Shown piece by piece: positions 39,035 through 48,321 of a stretch of 63,885 nt of DNA. The notes under the pieces were generated by a model. That model did no database searches. It was not told the DNA's origin and worked only from the letters and a program-made list of their open reading frames with translations. A program made the position numbers and the translations under genes. This DNA comes from Planctomycetota bacterium (GTDB lineage: Bacteria; Planctomycetota; Phycisphaerae; WQYP01). Numbering within the stretch: the first letter of the stretch is position 1; the number at the start of each line of letters is the position of its first letter. The stretch is taken from assembly GCA_021852275.1 (NCBI GenBank), contig JAJZNX010000124.1, forward strand, positions 1-63,885, given 5' to 3'.

Positions 39035-40090
39035 ATGAAAACCACATGCACAACTTTTGGAAAAATGCCGGACGGCCGCAGCGTTGATCTTTTTACACTG
39101 ACCAGTCCATCCGGTTTAGTCGCCAGGGTAACCTCTTACGGCGCAACACTGACCGAACTACACACGCCCGATCACTCCGGAAAAATGGCTGATGTTGTGT
39201 TGGGATTTTCCACGCTCACCGGCTACCTCGCTAAACATCCTCATTTGGGAACCACAGTCGGAAGGGTCGCCAACCGCATCGCCGGTGGCGGATTTTTTCT
39301 CGATGATATCGCGTATAAACTTACGGCCAACGACGGCCCGAACACCATCCATGGCGGCCCGCAGGGATTTGGTTCCCGCCTGTGGAACGCGGAAATCTGC
39401 GATGACCAGCACGGTTGCGGCGTAATATTTTCCTACTTCAGCCCGGACATGGAAGAGGGCTTTCCCGGTAACGTACAAGCCAAGGTTGTTTATCGCCTTG
39501 TGGAGAAAGACCTGATCATTGAGTTTCATGCCACAACGGATAAAACCACCCCCATCAACATGACCAACCATGCCTATTTTAACCTGCGTGGAGCCGGCCA
39601 GGGAGATGTCCTGGGCCATGAAGTCTTTATCGCCGCTGATTTCTACACCCCTTCCGACACAACACTGTTGCCGACGGGTGAAATTTTGCGCGTCCACGGC
39701 ACTCCCTTGGACTTCACCAAACCCGCCACCATCGGATCCCGCATTGCACAAGTAGCCCCCGGCTATGACCACAATTTTGTGGTGCGCCCCCAGCCCCAAC
39801 ACCTTCGCCTCGCCGCCCGCGTAAAAGAACCCCACACCGGACGGGTGATGGAGGTGCTCACTACGCAACCGGGAATTCAGTTTTATACCGGTAATTTTCT
39901 TGATGGCACCGTTTCTGGCATCGGCGGGCCTTACCTGAAGCATTATGGCTTTTGCCTGGAAACTCAGCATTTTGCCGATTCCGTCCATCACAGTCATTTT
40001 CCCTCCATTCTGGTACATCCCGAACGGGCCTACCATGAAACAGCAGTTTATCGATTTTGCACCGATAACCAGGGCTTGGACCGAAAATAA
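39035..40090 (+). CDS. galM: aldose 1-epimerase (galactose mutarotase)
   Basis: YGATL, GRVANRI, HGG, NMTNHAYFNL, QFYTGN, CLETQHF; start at MKTTCTTFGK. Confidence 0.95.
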   Translation: MKTTCTTFGKMPDGRSVDLFTLTSPSGLVARVTSYGATLTELHTPDHSGKMADVVLGFSTLTGYLAKHPHLGTTVGRVANRIAGGGFFLDDIAYKLTANDGPNTIHGGPQGFGSRLWNAEICDDQHGCGVIFSYFSPDMEEGFPGNVQAKVVYRLVEKDLIIEFHATTDKTTPINMTNHAYFNLRGAGQGDVLGHEVFIAADFYTPSDTTLLPTGEILRVHGTPLDFTKPATIGSRIAQVAPGYDHNFVVRPQPQHLRLAARVKEPHTGRVMEVLTTQPGIQFYTGNFLDGTVSGIGGPYLKHYGFCLETQHFADSVHHSHFPSILVHPERAYHETAVYRFCTDNQGLDRK

Positions 40091-40137
40091 CTTCTGATAA
40101 TTCAGGCAGTACCCATCCTGTTCCAGCCGCCGTCATG

Positions 40138-40308
40138 TTAGGGACCGCGCAAAAATAAATTCGTGTTTTACGGCGCAGAAATTTTGGCCGCCAGCGAGGC
40201 GTGAGTGAGGCGCATACCCCGGCAGTGGGTCTGAAACGAGCGAACAACGAAGCTGGAGGCCAAAAGGACCAGCCGGAAAGTGCGAAGTTATTTTTGCCCG
40301 GTTCCTTA
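40138..40308 (+). mobile_element. MITE family A, full copy (165 bp plus TTA duplication)
   Basis: TIRs GGGACCGCGCAAAAATAAATTC / GAAGTTATTTTTGCCCGGTTCC, TTA on both sides (40138-40140, 40306-40308); inverted homologue at 62276-62446. Confidence 0.8.
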
Positions 40309-40471
40309 CGTCCGGGTGCCGTGAAGCATACCCGCAGTTCCGCCCTTGGCTCGGGAAATGTCAGAAATGGCTGCGCCACAGGGCAGCGCTTTTATTTAAG
40401 TCTGAGATTACCTACAATCCATACGGTATACAGCGCATCGACACGAATGATGCCTTTGGAGGCCCAATTTC

Positions 40472-41482
40472 ATGTTTCTTCGCAATGGTGCTTTACGGAT
40501 TTTTCGCCTCTTCGGCATCGATGTGTTCATCCATTGGAGTTGGCTGATTATCGTTTACATCGATTACCAATCTCCCTGGGCCAATTTCACCAACCCGATA
40601 TGGAACCTCTTTGTTATTCTGGGTCTTTTCGCTATCGTGCTCACCCATGAATTTGGTCATCAACTGGCCTGCCGCTCCGTCGGCGGTACCGCCAACACCA
40701 TCATCCTCTGGCCCTTTGGCGGCATTGCCTTCGGTCAACCGCCATGGAAAGCTCCAGCCATGCTTTGGACCGTGGTAGCCGGACCACTGGTCAATGTGGT
40801 GTTGTGGCCCATTCTTTTCCTGCTTAACCACATGGCCGTCACAAGCCACTTGCCCGTTTCCACCGATGTCGTGGTTTTCATCCATCAGATGTACTTCATC
40901 AATTTTATTCTGCTGGTGTTTAATATCTTGCCGATTTATCCGCTGGATGGCGGAAAGATTCTCTGGTCGCTTTTGTGGTTTGTGCTTGGTGACGGGCTTT
41001 CCCTCCAAATCGCATCCGGCATTGGTATGGCGGCAACGGCGGTCGGAATGCTCTGGTATGGCAGTTTGCTGATGCATGGCCATAGCGCCTTTGGCGGCAT
41101 TTACATGTTGTTCATGGGCGTTTTCCTGCTCATGAATGCCTGGCAGGGATTTCAACTCGGTGCACGGCTGCGCCTGGAACGCCGCGGCAAAATTCACCCC
41201 TCCGATGTCTCCACCGACACCCACACTCACGCCCATTGCCCATCCTGCAACCTGGAACCGCCGGTCGGAGAATTTTTCCAATGCGGCAAATGCGGGCAGA
41301 AATTTGATCTCTTCGCCGACCACGGGGTTTGCCCCCATTGCGGCCAGAACTATCTGGCCGCATCCATCACCTGCCCGAAGTGCCGCACCTCCAATACCAT
41401 CGCCGCCTGGCTCGGTGAAGATTATGTCCGTAGTGTATCAACCGTCGCCGTCGGCCCACCGGGCAGCCAGACCGACCGCTGA
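40472..41482 (+). CDS. site-2 protease (M50) with C-terminal double zinc ribbon
   Basis: HEFGH, AGPLVN, NILPIYPLDGG; CPSC..CGKC..CPHC..CPKC. Confidence 0.9.
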   Translation: MFLRNGALRIFRLFGIDVFIHWSWLIIVYIDYQSPWANFTNPIWNLFVILGLFAIVLTHEFGHQLACRSVGGTANTIILWPFGGIAFGQPPWKAPAMLWTVVAGPLVNVVLWPILFLLNHMAVTSHLPVSTDVVVFIHQMYFINFILLVFNILPIYPLDGGKILWSLLWFVLGDGLSLQIASGIGMAATAVGMLWYGSLLMHGHSAFGGIYMLFMGVFLLMNAWQGFQLGARLRLERRGKIHPSDVSTDTHTHAHCPSCNLEPPVGEFFQCGKCGQKFDLFADHGVCPHCGQNYLAASITCPKCRTSNTIAAWLGEDYVRSVSTVAVGPPGSQTDR

Positions 41483-41524
41483 AATATCGGCCACCGGCCA
41501 ACACCACAAAGCCTGGAGAATGCT

Positions 41525-41941
41525 ATGTCCCGCCATCTGCTTTTCATCACCATACTAATCTACCCGCTGTGCCTGCCCATCGTTGGCTGCAAGTCCAAAA
41601 ACGCCGGCAGTTCCGTCAAGCAGGGCATCACTTATGTTTACCACCTTAAGGGAATTGTCAGATCCCTGCCCGTCCCCATGCAGGGACCACCCAGCATGAT
41701 GATCAAGATGCAGGCTAGCCCCCATTGGATAGGTATCAACGGCAAGGTCACGCCAATGGAGGCCATGACCATGCCCTGCCAACTGGCCAAAAACGTTTCT
41801 GTAGCGGATCTGGCCGTGGGCGATAAAATTGCGTTCACTTATAAAGTCAACTGGGTGCAAGACACCATGTTGATCACCCGTATTGCAAGGCTGCCCCCAA
41901 CAACAGTCATCAACTTTAACCTTTCCATAAATAAACCATAA
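41525..41941 (+). CDS. CusF-like copper-binding lipoprotein
   Basis: Lipobox IVGC; YHLKGIV, MEAMTMP, LAVGDKIAF OB-fold pattern. Confidence 0.72.
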   Translation: MSRHLLFITILIYPLCLPIVGCKSKNAGSSVKQGITYVYHLKGIVRSLPVPMQGPPSMMIKMQASPHWIGINGKVTPMEAMTMPCQLAKNVSVADLAVGDKIAFTYKVNWVQDTMLITRIARLPPTTVINFNLSINKP

Positions 41942-41992
41942 CTGTAACCCGCCTGGTTTTCAGGCCCGTCTCCATTGGTTACAATTCAGTCT

Positions 41993-44014
41993 ATGTGGAA
42001 GCGTACCAAATTTATGAAATTCCTGGCACGGCTGGTATCGGTTGGCGGCCCCGTGCTTGCCGTGCTTAGCGCTTTGGCGGCCGCGCATCTGGCGTTTGGC
42101 CGGGCCGGTGGTGGTGAGGGTTTCAGTGGAGGAGGAGGTGGTGGTGGTGGTGGAGGAGGAGGCGGCGGGGGATTGATGTACCTGCTGGTTTACCTGGTGG
42201 TACAACAACCTGAAATCGGTATCCCCCTGCTCATCGGCTGTGGTATCTTTTACTATTTCACCCATCGCAGCGTGGCTGGTTACGTGCGGACCCAACGCAC
42301 ACAAAATGGCCTCGAAGCCATTGACGGCAATGCGGAGATGGCCGCGCTCAATGCCCTGAAGTTGCGCGATCCGGCATTTTCTCCAGATCTTTTCTACAAA
42401 CGTGTCGGCACCGCGTTTCTTAAAATTCAGGATGCCTGGAGTGCCCAAAACGTGGCCACGGTCCGGGCCTTTATTTCTGACGGCGTCCATGAACGCTTTC
42501 AGATTCAATTTGCCCAGCAGAAGGCCGAAGGTTACCGCGATCGCATGGAACGCGTGAATCTGGACCACATCGCCTTGATGCATTTGACCAGTGACAACGT
42601 GTTTGATTCCGCCACGGTTCGCATTGATGCCAGTGCCCTGGACCAGCACGTTTCACTCACGGACGGCTCAGTGATTTCCGGCGGCTTCAGCAACACTACT
42701 TTTGCAGAGTATTGGACCTTTCTGCGCCGGCGAGGTACGAAAACTACCAACAAGGACGGACTCATTGAAGGCTGCTGTCCCAACTGTGGTGCCCCTATTG
42801 AAATCAATGCCGAAGCTCGTTGCCGTAATTGCCAGGCTCTTCTACGCAGCGGCCAATATGACTGGGTACTGGTAGATATCGCCCAGGAATCCCAATGGCA
42901 ACCGGAATACCCGCGAAACCTCCCCGGTGTGAACCAGCTTCAGCAAACCGATCCGAATTTTAACCTGCCGGATATTGAAGATCGCGTCTCCGTCATGTTT
43001 TGGCGAAAAACTCTCGCCGATCGTCTTGGAAGGGTGGATCCGCTGCGCAAAAATGCCAGCCCCGAATTCTGCAACGCCTACGAAAAATTGCTGCACCCTC
43101 CACTGGAACCGAACCGCAAGCGCACTTTTTGGGGCGACTGCGCTGTGGGCGCGGTGGAAGCGCTGGGGTTGATTCCCGGACCACCCTTTGACCGCATGCT
43201 GGTGGAGGTCCACGCTTCCGCCAGGCTCTATGAAGATGCCGGCAACGGCAAGATTCTTCGCATGATGCAAAGCAATGTGGCTCTTTATTTATTTGTGTTG
43301 CAGCGGGCCAGTGGAGTCCAAACCTCCATGGCCTCCACCATTTCTGCAGCCCATTGTCCGAGTTGCGGCGCTCCGGAATCTGATGATACCTCCAGCACAT
43401 GCTCCTTTTGCGGCGCTGTACTTAATGACGGTTCCAACGGTTGGGTACTCACGGATATTTTGCCCATGTCCAGCACCCCGGCCCAGGTGCTCCTTGCCCA
43501 ATTGGATAAGGTTCCCTCCATGGCCGACCTGACGGATCCTTTTATGCGGGACCAAGCCATGGTAACCGCCAATCTTCCGCAGCGTCCTCCGCCGCAAATT
43601 GCCGGACTGGTTGCCTGGGCGGTTAAGACCACCACCGGTGGCGGTGCGCTGGACCCCGCCGAGCGGGAAATGCTGACTCAAGTTGCCCGCCGTCAAAATG
43701 TCCCCCAGGAACAACTGCAGCGATTGCTGGATGCCGCCCAACGCGGCCAATTGCAGACACGCGAGCCGGCATCCGGTGAAGAAGTGCGGCTGTGGCTGGG
43801 TTCCCTCATTCGGGCCGCTCTATCCAACGGTCCACTCACGCCATCCGAGCTGCAACTGTTCAACACCATTGGAGCTAACTACTCTCTGGGTGCCTACGAT
43901 GTGCGAACCCTCATCAAACAACAGCAGGGAGCTCTTTATGCCAACGCCGTCGCAGCACTCCGCCAGCAAAAAGTCAATCGCGCAAGCGGCACACTCCCAT
44001 CGGCTGCGGCGTAA
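41993..44014 (+). CDS. membrane protein with poly-Gly, two Tim44-like domains with zinc ribbons and a degenerate TerB-like C-terminus
   Basis: RDPAFSPDLF..IQDAWS, FAEYWTFLRR, CPNCGAP..CRNC, CPSCGAP..CSFCG, LDPAEREML, GPLTPSE; start uncertain (41993/42014). Confidence 0.78.
   Translation: MWKRTKFMKFLARLVSVGGPVLAVLSALAAAHLAFGRAGGGEGFSGGGGGGGGGGGGGGGLMYLLVYLVVQQPEIGIPLLIGCGIFYYFTHRSVAGYVRTQRTQNGLEAIDGNAEMAALNALKLRDPAFSPDLFYKRVGTAFLKIQDAWSAQNVATVRAFISDGVHERFQIQFAQQKAEGYRDRMERVNLDHIALMHLTSDNVFDSATVRIDASALDQHVSLTDGSVISGGFSNTTFAEYWTFLRRRGTKTTNKDGLIEGCCPNCGAPIEINAEARCRNCQALLRSGQYDWVLVDIAQESQWQPEYPRNLPGVNQLQQTDPNFNLPDIEDRVSVMFWRKTLADRLGRVDPLRKNASPEFCNAYEKLLHPPLEPNRKRTFWGDCAVGAVEALGLIPGPPFDRMLVEVHASARLYEDAGNGKILRMMQSNVALYLFVLQRASGVQTSMASTISAAHCPSCGAPESDDTSSTCSFCGAVLNDGSNGWVLTDILPMSSTPAQVLLAQLDKVPSMADLTDPFMRDQAMVTANLPQRPPPQIAGLVAWAVKTTTGGGALDPAEREMLTQVARRQNVPQEQLQRLLDAAQRGQLQTREPASGEEVRLWLGSLIRAALSNGPLTPSELQLFNTIGANYSLGAYDVRTLIKQQQGALYANAVAALRQQKVNRASGTLPSAAA
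42128..42172 (+). repeat. GGN trinucleotide tract encoding 15 consecutive Gly
   Basis: gga x3, ggt x5, gga x3, ggc x2, ggg, gga. Confidence 0.9.
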
Positions 44015-44030
44015 AAGCCGATAGCCCCTA

Positions 44031-46172
44031 TCAACAACTGTCCATCGACCGCCCATGTGACTGCGTGATAAAAATGCCGGCCTTATGCAACATGCGGGTG
44101 ATTTCCGCAATACTTGGCGATCCAGGCAGTTCCACCATGTGTCCGGACAAAATTCTCGCTCCAGACTCCGTCCGCGCATAACAGGCCAGCACCCGGTCGG
44201 CCGTCGCCGCATCCGGACACGTAATCAGCACACAATGATGCGCCTGTACATGACGCACTCCGTCGAACCACCCCCGGATCTCATGCACAACGTTGGCGGG
44301 CAACGGCTTACTGGAGGCATTGGTCAGGGTTTCCAACACCCGTTCGACCGTCCAGCCGGCACTGGCCGCGCGAACAATGGACTTTTTGGTTATTTTCAGC
44401 AAGTTGCCAACAGCACCCTTTCCACTGCGCTCACAAAACTGTCCACACAGCACGTGCACCGCCGGTGCTGCAGCCACAAATACCAGATCAAAATTAGGCT
44501 GTACCAGCAACGGCTTTTCCGACACTATTTGCGGTTGGTCATACACAAATTCTTCGGTTAGCCCCAGCAGGTAACGGCCGATGGCATTCACCTGAAAATA
44601 AACCACATCCTGGCCGTCGCGATCATGGCCAAATGTCACCCCTCCCATTCCGGCTACATGGTGAAATAACACGGACCGCAGGCTTTTTATCCATAAATTC
44701 TCCCACACTTCCGGCTGCGTTGCCGGCATGCCGATTGATCGATAGGTATAGTTGAGTTCATTCCAGATCACTGTATCTTTAGCTTCTGCAATGTACGGAT
44801 TTTCTTTCGTCGCCTGGTACCAGAGGAACTGATCCGCAGGTATGTAGCTTGGCGACGGATACGCATCCACCGCCTGTGCAATCACCGGCCGCAAGTCACC
44901 AAGCCGAGATTTTTTTCCCTTGGGTAGTGTTAATCCCCCAAAAGGCTTCCTGAAAAGATCATTAACTTTGAATGCTCCCCGAACTTGGCTGGCGATCATC
45001 GCATCGGCCAGATGCCGCACACGCTGCTGCGGAGAAAGGCGCAGGAATTCCTGGCCTTCTGCCGTCGGTTGAAGATCACGCCATGCGTCGTCCACTCCGT
45101 GGTCTATAAACTTCGACCGCAAGGCCAGCCCAACCGCAAACTCCGCTCGCCTAAGGTCCCGCGGAACATAAGAAGGGCGATCAGCAAAGTAAGACTCTGC
45201 ACTGCGCAACCATTCCGGCAGCGGCATGAGTGCGGCTGCCAAATTGGACATATCCTGCGAATAAATCTCCCCATCTGTTCGCATCCGCAGGGGCTTCAAC
45301 GCCGTTTGCGTCAGCACCACCAGCAGATCTTCCACCATCCATGGACAACTAAACATTTCTGCCGCCGCCGCCGCCGGCACGGGTCGCACGACCGCCGGAC
45401 GTCGCAAGGACTCATAAGCTGATGGCTCAATCATCACCAGCAAGTCCCGGGTTTTCGAATCCAGAAAGGGAATCAGTAAAAGGTGCTCCACTGCCAGCCC
45501 CAGCAGCCGATAGAATGCCTCGCGGCCACCAAAATCCATATGCTCCGCCATTGGCTCCACACGAAGCGTACGACTCTGTTCCAGGCATATCTTGACCAGC
45601 TTCTGCACGTTGCCAAAAACATCCGGGTTGTCCATCGGTGAACGCAACGGACCTCGAAGATGCATTTGTTTCATCCATGTGGCTTTGTCCGTTGCCGCCA
45701 GAAAACCACCCACCCAGATACGCGAGCGTGCGCTTGATTCAACTTCCTGGTCCCGCAGATGATGGCCACCTATCATGTCCAGTTGCGCCACCTGATCCGA
45801 AGTAAAAAGCCGGGACAGCAAATGGTTGATGTAAATATCGTTCGGCAAGCGATCATTAAAGTCCATTGCCTTTAGCATGTCCCAGACCGGGCCGCCCGCC
45901 TTGCCTTGGCGAATTTCCGACTTCTTCCAGTCGGCATCCAGCCACTTGGCCGCTACCAGCGCTTCCACCCCGGGTACCGTACCACGAGCCACCACGCTGG
46001 CCGGATAAATCAGGTTCCGCAGCAAAGTCTGCCGCGTGCCGACAGGAGTTTTCTCCCACGGCGGCATCATCTGCCCCAGCACCATGAACATTTCGTGCAC
46101 CGGCATCCCGTCACTGGTCGGTCTCACTTTATGCATACCCGGGAGGTACTCACCGGTATTGAACCACGCCAT
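44031..46172 (-). CDS. helicase-associated domain protein (XPB N-terminal-like / Helicase_C_3), XPB partner
   Basis: C-terminal LLVQPNFDLV...LLKITKKSIVRAASAGWTVERVLETL...LPANVVHEIRGW; 22 bp downstream of XPB. Confidence 0.78.
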   Translation of the reverse strand: MAWFNTGEYLPGMHKVRPTSDGMPVHEMFMVLGQMMPPWEKTPVGTRQTLLRNLIYPASVVARGTVPGVEALVAAKWLDADWKKSEIRQGKAGGPVWDMLKAMDFNDRLPNDIYINHLLSRLFTSDQVAQLDMIGGHHLRDQEVESSARSRIWVGGFLAATDKATWMKQMHLRGPLRSPMDNPDVFGNVQKLVKICLEQSRTLRVEPMAEHMDFGGREAFYRLLGLAVEHLLLIPFLDSKTRDLLVMIEPSAYESLRRPAVVRPVPAAAAAEMFSCPWMVEDLLVVLTQTALKPLRMRTDGEIYSQDMSNLAAALMPLPEWLRSAESYFADRPSYVPRDLRRAEFAVGLALRSKFIDHGVDDAWRDLQPTAEGQEFLRLSPQQRVRHLADAMIASQVRGAFKVNDLFRKPFGGLTLPKGKKSRLGDLRPVIAQAVDAYPSPSYIPADQFLWYQATKENPYIAEAKDTVIWNELNYTYRSIGMPATQPEVWENLWIKSLRSVLFHHVAGMGGVTFGHDRDGQDVVYFQVNAIGRYLLGLTEEFVYDQPQIVSEKPLLVQPNFDLVFVAAAPAVHVLCGQFCERSGKGAVGNLLKITKKSIVRAASAGWTVERVLETLTNASSKPLPANVVHEIRGWFDGVRHVQAHHCVLITCPDAATADRVLACYARTESGARILSGHMVELPGSPSIAEITRMLHKAGIFITQSHGRSMDSC

Positions 46173-46194
46173 CTTGCTATTCCCTTATTTCACC

Positions 46195-47898
46195 TTAAAC
46201 CGGGACGGCCTTTTCCGTAGCCGCCCATTCTGTTGCATGAATAATTCTATACTCATATCCTTGTTCACATAAAAATAACTGTCGCTTCATGGCAAACTCC
46301 TGCTCCACCGTATCATGGGAGACCAGTGAATAAAAATGGGCCTGATTGGCACCCTTTTTGGGCCTTATAATACGTCCCAATCGCTGTGCCTCCTCCTGCC
46401 GCGAACCAAAAGTTCCCGATATCTGAATCGCCACCGACGCCTCCGGCAGATCCAATGCGAAATTCGCTACCTTCGAAACTGCCAGGACCCCCACCTTACC
46501 AGCCTTAAAATCACCATAAACCTGGTCCCGCCGTCGTTGCGGTGTCGCACCCGTAAGCACCGGCGCTCCAATCAGCTTCGCCAGCGCCTCAATCTGCTCT
46601 ACATACGTGCCGATCACCAGCGCCGGCTCACCGGAATGCCGCTTGAGAATCTCCAGCACCATCGCCAACTTATCCGGATTTTCCGCCGCGATCCGAAACT
46701 TGTTGCGATTCTCGGCCAGTGCATAGGTCATCCGTAACGATTCCGACATTTTCAGCCGAACCTCCGTACATACCGCAGTGGCAATCCAGCCCTGGTGCTC
46801 CAGATCCTTCCACGGCACATCCGCCTTCTTCGGGCCGATCAGGGCAAAGACTTCATCTTCCCGCCCATCTTCCCTTACCAGTGTAGCCGTTAGGCCCAGA
46901 CGTCTCCGGGCCTGTAAGTCTGCGGTAATCTGAAATACCGGAGCAGGCAGCAGATGAACTTCATCGTAGATGATCAGCCCCCAGTTTCGGCCATCAAAAA
47001 CCGCCATATGCGGAAACCCGCCCGATTTGTTCTTGCGATGCGTCAGCACCTGGTATGTTACCACCGTCACCGGACGAATTTCCTTGCTCTGCCCCGTGTA
47101 TTCCCCAATTTGCTCCGGCGCCAGGCTCGTTTTGTCCAGCAATTCCGTTATCCATTGTCGCACCGCCGTCACGCTGGAGGTCAAAATCATCGTGGAGCAC
47201 TGCAACTGCGCCATCGCCGCCATCCCCACAATCGTTTTCCCCGCACCACAGGGCAACACAATCACGCCAGATCCGCCTCGATCACTGCCACCGGCATGAA
47301 ATACCTCCGCCGCCTCCCGCTGATAATGCCGCAATTCAAACGCCTTGCCGCTCAGGCTTTCCGGTATCCGCAGCCCGATCGCCAGATTTTCTCCACCCAC
47401 ATACCCCGCCAGATCCTCCGCCGGATAACCAATCTTGACCAACGCTTGTTTGATCTGCCCGCGGGCTGACAATGGCACAAGAAAAGTAGTCGGCGAAAGA
47501 CGCCGCAGCAGATGTGGTTTTACCTGCTCCTGCCTTGATATTTCCTCCGCCAGCGTAACATCCGTGGCGGACAATATCATGTCCGCCTCATGCCGATTCA
47601 GACGCAATTTTCCATACCGACCCGCCAGATCCCGCACCTGCACCCGCACATGATCCGGCACAGGATATTTCGCATACGCTTCCAGCGATTCAATGATCCA
47701 CACCGGCGTACACCCAGCAGCACACGCATTCCACACCGACAGCGGCGTAATCCGATAGGTGTGAATATGCTCAGGCGATTTCACCAGCTCCGCAAACCGC
47801 GCCAGCACATCGCGCGCTGCCCCATAATGCGGACTGTACACTTCCACCAGCACGGTTAAATCGCCCTGGACAATTAATGGATTTTCAGCAGCAACCAT
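46195..47898 (-). CDS. bacterial XPB/Ssl2/Rad25-like DNA helicase
   Basis: NPLIVQGD, ELVKSPEHIHTYRITPLSVWNA, LPCGAGKT, YDEVH, LGLTAT, GSRQEEAQRLGR. Confidence 0.94.
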   Translation of the reverse strand: MVAAENPLIVQGDLTVLVEVYSPHYGAARDVLARFAELVKSPEHIHTYRITPLSVWNACAAGCTPVWIIESLEAYAKYPVPDHVRVQVRDLAGRYGKLRLNRHEADMILSATDVTLAEEISRQEQVKPHLLRRLSPTTFLVPLSARGQIKQALVKIGYPAEDLAGYVGGENLAIGLRIPESLSGKAFELRHYQREAAEVFHAGGSDRGGSGVIVLPCGAGKTIVGMAAMAQLQCSTMILTSSVTAVRQWITELLDKTSLAPEQIGEYTGQSKEIRPVTVVTYQVLTHRKNKSGGFPHMAVFDGRNWGLIIYDEVHLLPAPVFQITADLQARRRLGLTATLVREDGREDEVFALIGPKKADVPWKDLEHQGWIATAVCTEVRLKMSESLRMTYALAENRNKFRIAAENPDKLAMVLEILKRHSGEPALVIGTYVEQIEALAKLIGAPVLTGATPQRRRDQVYGDFKAGKVGVLAVSKVANFALDLPEASVAIQISGTFGSRQEEAQRLGRIIRPKKGANQAHFYSLVSHDTVEQEFAMKRQLFLCEQGYEYRIIHATEWAATEKAVPV

Positions 47899-48321
47899 CA
47901 GGACTCCCGGCCTCGGCCAAACCATCGCCATGTTACCGTATTATTGCCAAATTGCATCCGAGTTTTTATGGGTCTTGGGGTGTGGTTCTTCGTGGCCGGC
48001 ACCCCTTCATTTTATCATCCCTGCATGGATGTTGAGGGCTGGAATCGTCAACGTTCTCCCTCACTGCTGAGCGCAGATATCCTGGGTCCAACAACATCAT
48101 GATTGCATCTCCAATATTCCCATCGGCGTGATTGGCAGGCCAAAACACCGTAAATGGATACGATTGAGTGCAACGTTTCATGGATTTCCTTTGCTTGGCG
48201 GCCGCCGGCAAGGTAGTGATCGGCTTGCTGCGCAATTGCCAATATTGCTATAAGAGCTGATTCGTAACGGCAATAACGATCTGCCAAATTGCCACAGACC
48301 AACCACCTCCGTGGTTGATGA

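Noticed and set aside
40078-40095. GGACCGAAAATAACTTC at the galM stop resembling a MITE A TIR
   Set aside because: Short, overlaps coding sequence and has no partner TIR or TSD; may be chance or an unprovable remnant
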